Origin: Amoebidium appalachense
Lineage: Eukaryota; Protista; Ichthyosporea
DNA length: 64,000 nucleotides
Direction of reading: 5' to 3'
Assembly (NCBI GenBank): GCA_963693365.1
Contig: CAVNZM010000013.1
Coordinates: 2,319,817-2,383,816, forward strand
The notes under the pieces are model-generated. The model was not told the origin of the DNA. It searched no databases and saw nothing but the letters and a program-made list of their open reading frames with translations. Numbering within the stretch: position 1 is the stretch's first letter; every line of letters begins with the position of its first letter. Positions 47,160 through 60,467 of this stretch are shown piece after piece. Both the position numbers and the translations under genes were made by a program.

Positions 47160-47343
47160 CCCCGCCTCCCGGCGCGCGCAAACCCTCCAAGTCATTGCAC
47201 CAACTTTCACCTTCTTTCCCCTTTGTGCCCCATCTGCAGTTTGTCCCCTGCACGTCCGTTTGCCCTTCCCCCCACACCCTCCTGCCACTACTATAATAAC
47301 CATTAAGTACCGCCACCAAGATCCAGTCTACCACCATGTGCCC

Positions 47344-47382
<39 letters not shown>

Positions 47383-47531
47383 CTCTCCACCTCCTTTCCC
47401 CCAACACACACAGACACACATGCGCACACCCACCATCTAATTTCAGGCATAACAGTTCTCCACGATTTCCCAAGCACACTCACTGGTACATGGACCGTTA
47501 TGCTTTCACCCCTCTGATGATCCCTCTGCCC

Positions 47532-47563
<32 letters not shown>

Positions 47564-47634
47564 ACCACCACCACCACCACCACCACCATGACTGATTGCC
47601 ACCACCACCACCTAATCCATCACCATGTCCCCCC

Positions 47635-47683
<49 letters not shown>

Positions 47684-49077
47684 ACACGGACCCACAAGTA
47701 CACGCACACTCACAGGCGCACATCCACCACCACACATCCACCACCACCATAATAGAAACTTATTGACCACACTTCCAAAACCCATTTCCAAGTCCCCCCC
47801 CCCCCCTAAAAAAAAAAATAAAAAATAATAAAACAAAACCCTACCAAGCCAACCCAAAAAATGCCCAAGCACGTGCATACAAAACAATGGGGACCATTTA
47901 CACACCCAAAATGCAGTGCACACTTGCCTGAAGGCACATGTCCAGCGTAACCATTTTTGTCACCAAACGCCGAGAACTTAGCCGCCTGCTCCTCTGGGGG
48001 AAGTTCTGTCAGGCGCTGGTCGTGGGGGCGGAAATCGTTACGCTTTTTGAGTTCATACTTGGTCCAATGCAGCGCCCTCGAGTAATACAGGAGCCGCTGC
48101 TCGTCGTATCGCTGCTTGTGGAGCTCCGAGAGGAGGGTGGCAAAGGCGTTTGGGCCCACACCTTTGTCTGCCAGTGCACGCAACAATGTTACCACCTTTA
48201 GGTCGAGCCCACTGCGGTGGCTAAGGTAGGCCGGAAACTGATCACGCATGAAGAGTGGAAGGCGTTTAATTGTCTGGGGGTTTGTGCCGGCAAAGTTTTT
48301 TTTGCATGTGTCACAAAAGTACCGGGCCGTGATAATGTAGTAGCAGCTGTCAAAGTCGATAACACGCCGTCCTACGGGGTTGCTCATGAACCCATTGCGA
48401 GAAGTACGGTGTGGGTTGGGGTGGTTGTGGGGGTCCACGTAGTGATCATCGAAGGGGCACGGCACCATGAAACCGGGAGACAACCTTTCCGGAAGCCAGG
48501 CAAAACATCTGGGTTTGTAGAAAGGCGCTGGATCGCCCCCAAATTTAAAGCCTATAATGGGAGGTGGAAGATGCCACCCCACAGGCGTCTTCTCATCTTT
48601 GAGACTCTCTTTCACTGTGTGCAGGTGCGACTTGATTGTTTCGCCCGCCGCGTCAGAAAACTCCTCTCCACCGTCATCCCCGTCCGTATTATCTTCTCCC
48701 TCTTCCTCCCCTTCATCCTCGTCTACCCGGTACGCATCTGCTGCTGCATTTAGCAAAGGTTCCTCGTCGGGTTGCACCTGTATGTCTGGTGGGTGTGGAG
48801 CAGGGGCCCGATCCATTTCTCTTGGTAACGAATGGACGCTACCTGCCTCAACTACACGGGCCCTTATGTCGGCGGCCTTAGATAGAGGGGGCTGTTCGGG
48901 TTGTACGTTTACGTTTAGTTCCTGCAAAACAGCTTTGTTTGCCGTCCCAAAACCTGCAAAGTTCGCTAAAGGCTGAACAAATGCAGCATCTTTTTTTTTG
49001 CGCCCAGCTCCCTCCCTAGCTCCGCCTGTTTTATGCCCAGGGCGCTGTGTTGTGCCCTTAGGGCAGCCTGGCTTCAT
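41175..49077 (-). mobile_element. Dada-like (MuDR/hAT/P-related) DDE transposase with an inserted DEDDy 3'-5' exonuclease, 6 exons
   Basis: Exons 49077-47928, 46961-46773, 45770-44940, 44472-43847, 43400-43194, 42774-41175. N-terminal Cys motif (VPCP..RYFCDTC), D in VLKADHTF, D in FYTDRCC, exonuclease (VVGLDCEW, QIAT, KVG..D, YAALDA), DxxH (NDAFH), E in RGTNEVEG, and a C-terminal CKTC..C..C finger. One +1 frameshift in an 8-G run at 42729-42736. Confidence 0.85.
45865..46165. repeat. ~60-bp degenerate minisatellite in transposase intron 2
   Basis: About 5 copies of CCCAAACCCATGTGCCCACA... Confidence 0.7.
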
Positions 49078-49422
49078 TTTAAACACTTGGGGCCTGGCCC
49101 CCTGCCCCCCTAGTGCGACTACGTTACCGCAAACATTCCCGTATTCCAGTGTGCTCGGCAATGCTGCTCATGGCCTTCCCGGACTGGTGGTTGTGACCAG
49201 TAAAGAGCGCGCCAATTCCTGACCGCCGCCTACAGCAGTGTATGATCTGTTATCCATATTCGGCAAAAGGGGTCTTGCCCAACCAATGGCTTGAATCCTT
49301 GTAACTTTGCTTTATCCATATAAGGTTAGCTGAACACCCCCCCCTCCAATCATACCCCCCCCTTCTCTCTAGTAGTAGCTCCTGGCATGCCGCACCCCCC
49401 GAAAAGAGAATAAAACCGCCAA

Positions 49423-49807
49423 TAATCAGGAGTCATGGGGCGAGTGGCCGAGCGAGACCGAAGTTATTTCGGCGAGCCGTCGGTTATTTTGGCGAGCCGA
49501 TAGGCGAGCCAAAATAATCGTCAAGGCGAGCCGAAATAACGAGGTCGAGCGAGGACACGAGCCGACATGATCCGGTTACGATATGACCCATAAAGATTTA
49601 GCATTCACTTTATTGATACATTATGCAAACTTTAACTCGGTTATTTGATTCATACATCATTACATTCACATTTCAGGCTCATTTTCCTAGTGATCGCTTT
49701 GATTGGCTAGCAGCGCACTCACCCATTAACCCGGTTATTCGATTCCTCTAACCCAATAGAAATGTCCATAGCCTGGTTATTTCGGTGAGTGCGCTCTAGG
49801 CCAATCA
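49423..49807 (+). other. Structured non-coding element: G.A-mismatch hairpin plus a second inverted repeat
   Basis: Hairpin 49433-49570 with apex GCC-GATA-GGC; IR 49700-49723 / 49784-49807; recurring GTTATT motif. Confidence 0.75.
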
Positions 49808-50843
49808 CGGCAAGACTAACTGAAGTTAAAGGTCGTGTCGTCATCCAATCAGATCACACCCCGACGCTCGGAATATCGTAACCTCCGGTTCTAATACATT
49901 AGCTAACAGGTTGCATTTATTGATAGATATGCAGCCGCGAGTAAACCGCCCCCCACACATATTACACATACGAGCAGGAGACACCAGAAACCGATTACAC
50001 CGCCAAGCCATAATCATCTTTGCGTTTTTACACCACACCACATTACGAATAAACGAATCTATGTATGAACGAGACTCTCTAACCGTATCCGCCATATAGG
50101 CTACTAGTAGTTGGTGTTTTTGCGGTCCTAACACCGGAAGGGACTCAACACGTAGAGTAAAAAGATACATATGCAAACATATGTATGTACGCGTACACCT
50201 GCAGCAATATCACTTTAGAAAACTTTTGAGTTGCAACCGTTGGTGCTCAACGGGTGTTGCCCGCACTGCCCGGCCGGCGCGCCCGGCCTGTGACTCAAAC
50301 TTTGATCAGGGTCCAGGGATGAGACGGTGACACCACGTCACACCAGCCCTGAAGTCTAATGCTGTGATTGGCTAAATTCCGCGAATGCAGCTCCGAACGT
50401 CACGAGACGATAAAAGTCAGTTGAAAGGGACCCCTAAGCTTTTTAATCGAGCAGCCTGCAGTTTATTAATTCTTCATATCTAGAATTTTTCCATTTCATC
50501 AGGGATTTGGGTAACCCATTCTCAACTCTGTAGTCATCTAATAGCCAAAGTAGGTTTTACTATTGATTATTAACTTTCATTCGAACATTCTTATTTTGAT
50601 TAGCTTCAAGTCACGCGTCAGCAATATTATTTTCCGAAAACCCTTATTTGGCAAGTGTGTGCCCGCTGGTGCCATTCCATCCAATCAAAAAACATCCCTC
50701 TGGGAAAACCAGTGCTCTGTTGCTGCTTTCCTCGTCAGACCCTCTCTGCCCACCAGCCTCCAAGGAAGCTTTCACAAAACAGACAAAACACACACACACA
50801 CACACTGCAGAGCCCCTTCTAATTCTTGGTTCATCTAGCCACC

Positions 50844-51862
50844 ATGCTCGTGACACGCACACTTACCTCCCTCCCGCACGTTTCTGCGGTCGGGAGCGCC
50901 CTTGGTTTTAGGCTTTTTTCGACCAGGGGAGGCCTCACGCGCGAGTTTGTGACTGTGGAGCATGCTGGTGATGGTGTGGCCAGCATCAACCTGAACAGAA
51001 AACCCGTGAACTCTTTCAACACACAGTTGCTGACTGAGATGGTGGATGCGCTTAATGAGGTCGAAGGTACTTCCCCTCCCCCCTCCTCCCCCCCTCCCCC
51101 CCCCCCTCCCCCCCCCCTCCCCCCCCCCCTCCTACCCCCCTTTTCCCCCTCCCCCCTTCCCTTGCTTCCTCTGTCCCCCTCACCCACCCTCTGCCCCGCC
51201 CCACCCCGCCGCTGGTTCCCTCTCCCTATCTCTCTGTCACACACACACGCATACTCCTATCGACAACACACTCTCTCCCTTTCTCTCTGCTTCCCTCTCC
51301 ATCTCCACCCCCTTGTTGCCGCCCTATCCCTCCCTCACCCGTTCACCCACCTCTCACTCCGAGTTCTATATGCCCATTGTGCCCTTGCCTACACCTCGTC
51401 CTCTTGCCCAATGTCTCAACTCTTCTACAGTTCTAAGCACACCCTCCTGCAGCATTACCACAAGTGATCCCCCCCCCCCCCCCTCCCCCCTCCCCCCCGC
51501 CTGCCCACTTGGCCATCCACCCTCCCTTATACACCTCCCTTTCTGTTCTTCTCCGCATCTTTCACTAGAGGGCGCGTGCAAAAAACGGACACTTGCGGTG
51601 TGGAAACCCTTGCCGTCTGCCTCCCTTCCTCCCCCGTTCCTTCAGACCTAAAAGCATCTCGAGGCCCTCTGCTAACATCTGCTAACATCTGCTAACCTCT
51701 TTGCACCACGGCAAGCAATGTTTTTCAACCCCGTTTTTGCTTCACCTCGTAATGTCAGTGGCTGCAAGCTAACCCTTCAACCTTACCTTCCCCCCCTCCC
51801 ACTCCCCCCTCCCCCCCCCCCCCCCCTCCACACACGCACAGACACGCACACACACGCGCGCG

Positions 51863-51933
<71 letters not shown>

Positions 51934-52896
51934 TCTTGTGCAGCGGACAAGTCTGTGCGTGCCGTGGTTGTGGGGTCCAAGCAGGGCAGTGTGTTCAGTG
52001 CCGGGCTGGACCTTCTTGAGATGTACCAGCCCGACCCGGCCCGTATCCGGTCTTTCTGGACTGCCGTCCAGGAGCAGTGGCTGCGTTTCTACGGCTCCAA
52101 CCTGCCCCTCATTGCTGCTATCAACGGCCATGTATTGACCCCCCCCCCCCCTCCCCCTACCCCCATCCCTCCCCCCCCCCCCCCCCTCTCCCCTCGCCAC
52201 TACCCCCCCCCCCCCCCCCCCCACGCGTCCCACTCTAAAAGCAGTGTGCCACAACTTTCGGCTGGTGACCGATCCATATCAAATTTACATGCCAGTAGGC
52301 ACCATCTCACCTCCCCCCCCCCCCCCCCCCCCCCCCCCCCCGTTATCATCCCTCCGTCTTCCCTGGTCATATTTTGTTTGATGCCCTTCAGCTGCCTCTC
52401 TGGTTGGTGGATCTAGCTTGTATTTCGTGCCAGTGACTGACATCTTCCAAATCTGGCAGGCGCCTGCCGGTGGATGCATGCTGGCCCTCACCTGTGACTA
52501 TAGGTATACTCCTCCCCCCCCCCCCCCCCCCCCTCACACACACACACACACCCTCATGAGGCATACTCGTTGTGTGCCCCATGCAAAACTCGCATTGTGT
52601 TCTCCGTCGTGAACGCGTGCTTTGCACTCTGTAACACACTCTAACCATCCCCTCCTCTACTCTGCCCTCCCCCCTCCCCCCTCCTCCCCACCTCCCCCCC
52701 CCTCCCCCCCCTCCCCCCCCCCCCCCCCCCACCTCCCCCGCCCCCCTGGGAGCCTGCCGTTACCCCCCACCCATCTTTTTTTGTTCGTGCTCTGATTGGA
52801 TGTTGCATGTTGCAAATGTCCATCTTCGAGTATGTACTGCCACAGACCCCTCAACCCCTGACCCCCTCCATATTGGGTCCACTGAGCCGCTCAACG

Positions 52897-52930
<34 letters not shown>

Positions 52931-53055
52931 CCCCCGGCGCGCCCCGGGTGCCAAAGAAAGGACCCAAGCAAATGGTGGGGGGAAGGGGGGGGGGGGGGGG
53001 TGCTAAAGAAAGAACCCAAGCAAAGGGGGGGGGGGGGATGGGGGGGGGCATGGTT

Positions 53056-53129
<74 letters not shown>

Positions 53130-53287
53130 ACCAAACCTTTCTCTAGCTTCATTCACGTTGGGTGCATCAATGTACAGTGACCTCTTTTCGCACCCTTGTA
53201 TAGCACTGCTTGATCTCTGCTACATGAACGGGTTGGCACTTGCAACTCCACCCCCCGCCTCCACTCCCCCCCCCCCCCTCCCTCAAG

Positions 53288-53336
<49 letters not shown>

Positions 53337-54588
53337 CTTCTTGCTTAGCAAAGACAGCACAAGCAAACATAGCACGTGGCTACTGTTGGACAACCGCACA
53401 CCCCCATCACTAACCCTCTGCCTGTGTGTGCAGGATCATGGCTGAGGGCAAGTATGCTATCGGCCTGAACGAGGTGGGTCTTCGGTCTAATTATCCAGCC
53501 CCCCTCCCCCCCCCCCCCCCCCCCCCCTCCCCACCCCCCACCCTCCCACCCTCCCCCTCCCCCCACCCTCCCCCCCTCTCCCTCCCTCTCTCTCGCTCTT
53601 CCCCCCCCCCCCTCCCCCCTCTCCTGCCCTCCTGCCCTCCCCCCTTTCTAAGACACGTACTCCACATACATATACACATTCACTCACATTCACCCCCTCC
53701 CCCTCCCCCCCCCCATCTTCTCTCACAACTGTCTCCTGTCTCTGCTCTCTCTCTCTCTCTCTGCCCCTACCCTCTATCTGTTTGCCCCTCCCCCATTTTT
53801 CGTGTATTTTTGCACTTCGCACTGTATAACCCATTATTATGCCCCCTCCCTCTCCCCTCCCCACTCCTTTTGGGCAACTGCTTTATACACAATGCACACA
53901 ACACCCACTATTGCTTAAAGGCCTGTTTGTGGTGGAAGGAGGGATGGGTAGTGTTTGAAAAAGCTGCCGAAAGCCAGCAGGGGGAAGGGGCCCCGGATTA
54001 CGATTTGCTTGCATTGTGTTTTTCTTGTGCCTCCCCCTTCCTCCTTGCCCCCTCACGTTCTTGTTTTTCTCCCCATTGCCTTAGCTCCATTCTTTCTACC
54101 CATATGCCATTGACATAGCGCAGATGCAGCAGATATTTCCCACCCTCACTCTTTGCATGGTTCTCATTCACTGTTTGCATGTTTCTCATGCACTGTTTGC
54201 ATGTTTCTCATTTACTCTTTGCATGTTTCTCATTCCCACTGTATGCATGTATCTCACCCTCACTTTGTGCACAGTTCTCACATCCACTGTTTACATATAT
54301 CTTCTTGTTTGCATGTTTCTCATCCACTTTTTGCATGTTTCTCATCCACTGTTTTCATGTTCTCACATCCACTGTTGGCATGGTTCTCATGCACTGTTTG
54401 CATGGTTCTCACATCCACAGTTTGCATGTTTCTCATTCACTGTTTGCATGGTCTCATCCACTGTTTGCATGTATCTCACCCACTGTTTGCACAGACCCAG
54501 CTTGGCATTGTGGCTCCCGGCTTCTTCATCGACACCATGGTCAACACGGGTATGGCCCCTTTTCATTACTTGCCTGTCCCAGCTTTTA

Positions 54589-54647
<59 letters not shown>

Positions 54648-55198
54648 ACACACACACAAACACATACACACCCTACAAAAGTAGACGTAACAGTAACCCC
54701 TTTTCCCCCACACCCACCTACACACCCACCCATACACCCACCTGCCGTTCCTGTCGTCTTAACATGCACGCACAGACAAGTCGTTACTTCTCTCCACCTG
54801 ACAAAGCTAAAGTGCAGGTGCAGTTGGTAGTGAGTTAGATCCACAGGAGCAGGTCAAGTACACGTCCAGCCCATCTGTTTCAAGCAACTATTGGCCCCCT
54901 CTGCCTGCACGTTTAAATTGTTCGATTTTGAGCTTCCCACTTTTGTGACGTTTTGTTGTTGCTCTTTGTTGTCTCCTCCATATTCCCAACCCTCTAACGC
55001 ATACATCCCCCCCCCCCCCCCCCCCCCCCCCCGTCCCCCCCCCCCCCACCACCACCACCACGGATGACCTGGGCACCCCCAGGACGGGCTCTATATGTGT
55101 TGCATACTCTTCTGGACGTGCCCTGTTTGGCAGAGTCTGCCATGTGCTGTCTGTCGTAAATTGTGTACTTCGTCCTCTGTAACACATCCTTATCCCCC

Positions 55199-55232
<34 letters not shown>

Positions 55233-55294
55233 CCCCCCCCCCCTCCCCCCACCCACCCACCCCATCCCACCCCCCCCCACCCCAAAAACGCACC

Positions 55295-55357
<63 letters not shown>

Positions 55358-55613
55358 ACACACCCACCTAGTGGGCCACCGGCACTCGGAGCGTCTGCTG
55401 CAGCTGGGCCAGATGGTGCCGTCCAGCCAGGCACTGAGCATTGGCCTGGTGGATGAGGTCGTGCCCCAGAGTGACGTCATGCACCGTGCTGTCGATACGG
55501 CAAAGCAGTGGGCAAAGTATGTGTTCGGCACCCCCCCCCTCCTGGGTGTTTGTTTGTTGGCATATATCTCATTGCTGTTTGTCTGCACCACACGCACAGT
55601 GTCAAGCACATGT

Positions 55614-55682
<69 letters not shown>

Positions 55683-55871
55683 TTATAAGGTGACACATGT
55701 ACAGACGTTCACACACACCCAAAATGCAACTTACAGAGACACACACTGGCTGACAGTCAGTACATGCTGTTCACACACAACCTCACTCACTCACTCGGGC
55801 AGGCACGCGGGCACTAAATAACTTAAGTGCACACAAACACACGTGTGCGCGCCAAAACACATGACCTCAAT

Positions 55872-55926
<55 letters not shown>

Positions 55927-55968
55927 GCGTGTGCACACCCTTCAACACAACTTTATTTGGACACACAT

Positions 55969-56034
<66 letters not shown>

Positions 56035-56130
56035 CCCTCTCTCTTCCCCCTCTCCCCCCCACCTCTCTTTCTCACTCTCTCTTTTCTCTCTCTCTCTCTC
56101 CCCTCTTCCCCTCTCCCCATCTCCCTCTCC

Positions 56131-56177
<47 letters not shown>

Positions 56178-56432
56178 CCCCCCCCCCCCCCCCCCCCCCC
56201 CTCCCCCCACTCCCCCCCCTCTCTCTCTGTCTCTAACACCCTTACACGTATGATACACCACAGGATCGATGCCAATGCACGGTCCATCACCAAGAGGCTC
56301 CTCCGCCAGCCCACCCTGGACCGTCTTCGCGCCAACAGAGAGAAGGACCTCAACACGTTTGTGGCCGCAGTCACGGATGAAAAGGTGCAGAAGGGGCTGG
56401 GCAGGTATCTGGAGAGCCTCAAGAAGAAGTAG
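50844..56432 (+). CDS. ECI1: Mitochondrial enoyl-CoA delta isomerase 1 (crotonase fold), 7 exons
   Basis: Exons 50844-51066, 51944-52131, 52460-52503, 53434-53473, 54495-54549, 55372-55516, 56264-56432. Presequence-like N-terminus, NRKPVNS, VFSAGLDLLEMY, AAINGHAPAGGC, IGLNETQLGIVAP, IGLVDEVVP and YLESLKKK*. Confidence 0.95.
54145..54494 (+). repeat. ~21-bp minisatellite (CACTGTTTGCATGTTTCTCAT) ending at the ECI1 exon 5 acceptor
   Basis: Many degenerate units; the last reads CACTGTTTGCACAG|. Confidence 0.85.
54900..55006 (+). repeat. Dispersed ~107-bp intronic repeat, copy B
   Basis: Matches 33597-33703. Confidence 0.85.
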
Positions 56433-57000
56433 GGGAATATGCACGTTTGTGCATGCAACAGAGACAAACACACATTCACACACACCATGATCACACATAA
56501 TACCACAACCAGACACACACACACACACGTGCTCACAATGCCATGCACACATGTGCTCTTAAGCCGTAACCATGCCTCATGCTATGATAGCAGCCTTGTA
56601 TTGTGGGTCAATGTTTACAGTGACGCACGGCCGCAAACAGACGCACAGTGCCACATGAAGCAAACATAAAACTAAGTAATCGAGCATGGCCAAGCACCCT
56701 TCCTAGTGATGCAACGTTATTAGTGGCTGTTTGGTCTAACAATAGGGCAGTAATGTTTCATAGTGCAGACGTCCTGTGTATACATGAGTTCTTGTTGTTT
56801 TCCTAGTGGGTGGGTGTATAATGAATCATGGGTGCCATGCATGCTGCTGGGCACACAGTGTATATGTAATGGAGAAGTAGCCTGGCCGTTCATCGCATAT
56901 CGTGCATTGAATATGGGATGGGCGGCTAGATCCCCCCCCCCCCCCGAGGCCCTTCCTTGCAAGGGGGTGGGGATGACCCATCTGTTCGGTCCAGGGTGGT

Positions 57001-57041
<41 letters not shown>

Positions 57042-57389
57042 CACACACACACACACACAAAAGCTGAGGAGCGGGTGCACCACTGCGTAGCACCGTCTGC
57101 AACCATGGGCATGCATATGCATGTTAGATGCATCAAACGGTTGTATCTGCCCGGGTTCCCCATTTCCCGATTTAGATAAACGTTCCTCTTTAGAAAGCTT
57201 GTCTTGACGTTAGCCGGTGCATGACAATGCCTTTGCCTCGGTTGACCACGTATTTATGCCCGCGCGTGTTGGTTGCTACCAGTGCCTGCCCTGTGTGTCT
57301 GCAGCACTGCAGTTGGGGGAATGAAGACTTCCTATTGGCTGCGGAGGGTCACAATGGGGCATTCTATTGGCTAAATAGCTTGTTAACCG

Positions 57390-57793
57390 CAGGGTTGGGC
57401 TGGGGTTGGCCAGCTTAACCGTATTGTCCTTTGGCCAATCGTAACGGACAGTTTCTTAATCGTAACGGGGGGGTTCTTGGGGAACTGCAAGCCCAGCTAA
57501 AAACGCCCCTCCAGTCACAAAACTCAAAATACGCGTTTTTAGTATCGCAAATTTACAAGCCCTGGACACTTGTCGGGGTTCGATATTGCTCATTGAAAGC
57601 GCTGTAGATATGTTCTTGAACAGAAATATTGAAAAAATTAGGCACAGTTAGATATTAGGGGGCCTTAAAGCGTTTATAGTACTATACATCTGATACGAAA
57701 GCTGTTACGACGGCACCCTAACCTTACTCATATCAGGGTCTTTCGTTAATCGTAACTACGACGATTTTTTTTCGTAATCATTCCCCCCCCCTG
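57390..57793. mobile_element. hAT-type MITE, 404 bp
   Basis: Termini CAGGG...CCCTG; perfect 8-bp TSD GTTAACCG (57382-57389, 57794-57801); subterminal AATCGTAAC repeats. Confidence 0.85.
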
Positions 57794-59370
57794 GTTAACC
57801 GGCATTTGGACAAATGTTATCATGCATGACTTATAATGTATATTTTTGTACTCCACATCTATGTATACATATATATGTGCTATATACGTGTACTATATTA
57901 TTTTACATCGGTTTGAGGCCAGCGTGCTCTATTTTCCGGCCCACCGTGACACAGCCAGACTGAGCCAGTATGAAAAAGCATAGCTTCATCACTTAATTAT
58001 TCACACCACACAGATTGGCTCCGGGCGTATCATCGCCCCGGCAAAAAGCAGTGAGCCACATCCCAATCATAACCGCTTTATTGTCTTTTATAATTAGGAG
58101 TTCATCAATGTGGTAACCAATTTTACACACATAACAATAAATGTAAAATCACAGGTACCTGTAAAGTAATCCCCTTATTACTCAACACTTTTATTTATAA
58201 CTTTTTCAGCTCATCATCCGTCACCCATGGGCATTGATGTTCATGATCATCAGATATATAGCTACATAGCTGGCACTAGGCCATTTGAAATATAGATTAA
58301 AGTTTGAGACCATGTCTAATCGTGACAGATCATGCCTATTTCTTGCCGAAGCTATTCCATTGATGCTTTTTGATAAGCCAGGTAGGTCCAAAAAGCCTTT
58401 TTTGGGGTTTAATACAACGTGCATAATGATAACCCCAAAAAGCTTCCGGATCCAGGCATGACGACATCCGCGCCTGAATCGAGTCACCGTCTGCACACGT
58501 GAATTTGCCACCTGTGTGTGCACACAGTCTCCCTCGTGCTATCATATACTGTGTACATGTGCACGTGTCCTTTAGCTGTCGTCCACGTAGGCTGCTTGTA
58601 TGCATTGCTAACCTTATATTTGACACCGTAGCCGGAAACTTCACGCGGCGGATTATGCAACGTTTCTCCCCATGGAAGTTTGCTGGGAACTCGCCAAGGG
58701 CACTGCTAGAACTACACAAATTACAGCTTCGAGCCATTTGGGAGTGACGACACATCATTAGAGAGGTAAGACCTTATGTGTACGCATTACGAAGTGTTTG
58801 CTTATGTTTCATCAAAACTCCCCTCCAATACCCTCCAATACCCAACAGTATCGAAGCCCGCACGGAATATTATGAGCCGGCATGTTTAACATGAACAGAA
58901 GTTTTCAAACAGAAACCACGCACTGGCATTGTTGTACGTCAAAAGGACCAAAGCAGTTCTTGAAAATTACACAACCAGCTTCATGAATACAAGCGCAATA
59001 CTCTTCACTTCAGCTTTCTCAAGCCTCAACATACACGTGTCATACACTGCAGGCACAAAGGGATCCAAATTTAATGTTTAAATATGTGCATCCAGCTCCT
59101 TCTTGGCAATGTGTTCGGTGCTACGGCAACAGTGCCACATATGTAACAGGACGTTATTATTGCTGTATATGGATCCCATGGAAAAGACGCGAGCAAGTCA
59201 AACGTGCCCGGAGAAAAGACACAACAGCCATTATTAGTTCCTCATACACACACACCGGATTTCATAACGTTCGGTGCCAGACAAACACGCAATATGTTAC
59301 CCTCCCGTAGAGTCGGCCCCGTGACACGCGCTCCGCTAACGCTAATATGTCATAGAACCCAGGCTCCCTC

Positions 59371-59402
<32 letters not shown>

Positions 59403-59652
59403 AAAAAAGTTATACATATCATTAAAAAATCACAAATAGGCACATGCAAGCACATTCACAGCACACACACAATGCGTGCACGGAGGTGGCACGTGCACGT
59501 GCAAGAATGTCGCCATATATACCAGCATGCATCCACGACAGCACAACAAATGCTTGTGGAAGGAAACACGTGCACCAACGTAGGGAACAAGCACAGGCAC
59601 GCGCGTGCACACGCATGCACGCGCGCACACACACACACACACACGACACACA

Positions 59653-59769
<117 letters not shown>

Positions 59770-60467
59770 ACACGACGCATAACTGCGCGTCCACACCCAC
59801 AGTATGTACAACAAAGCGCTTGTGCATTCACATTTACATACAAACACATCCATGGGCTGGATATGCATATGCGATCACGCACGCACACAAAACACAAAGC
59901 CGCACGTGCTTGTGTACGCAGGCACGCCTTTACCTATGCATCCACACTCTCTGATCTAGCATCCATGCACATATGTGTTCAAACACTCACATAGCACACG
60001 TACCACGACACGCACACACACTCGATCTCCAAAAAAAACCTCCTTGCTGACCTTTGACCAATAAAATCACAGAGTTTGAGCCATCGCGTATACCGTCACA
60101 ATGAGGACTCTGGGCACGCAGACCCTGACAGGGCCAGTGGGGTTGATCGAACCAATTAGAACCCTGGATCTGAGTCAGAAGGCACACGACAGCCAATCGT
60201 GTGCTCTGGAATCTTTGCACCATTTGACAATTGAAGGTGAGGGACTCTGAAAGGGTTCAGGAGAGGGAGAGGGGGGGGGGGGGGGGTTATGTCCTTGCAT
60301 GTCTTTATTCGTAGCACACAATGTGTACATGCATGCATGTTAGTGTTTATGCGTACACACACTCTCACCACACGACCAAAAATCTAAAGTGTTTCAGGGC
60401 CCACACACACAGACACACTTGTTCGTTGCACGTGGTGGTTGTGTTTAGTATCGGTGTGCTCCAGATA

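Noticed and set aside
40757-49397. GGGTGCG ... CGCACCC as TIRs of the Dada-like element
   Set aside because: Only 7 bp and no flanking TSD; the element boundaries remain undefined.
50307-50351. Tiny CAGGG...CCCTG hAT-like remnant
   Set aside because: No TSD and too short to distinguish from chance.
57570-57595. tRNA suggested by GGTTCGA
   Set aside because: No cloverleaf stems, and it lies inside the hAT MITE.
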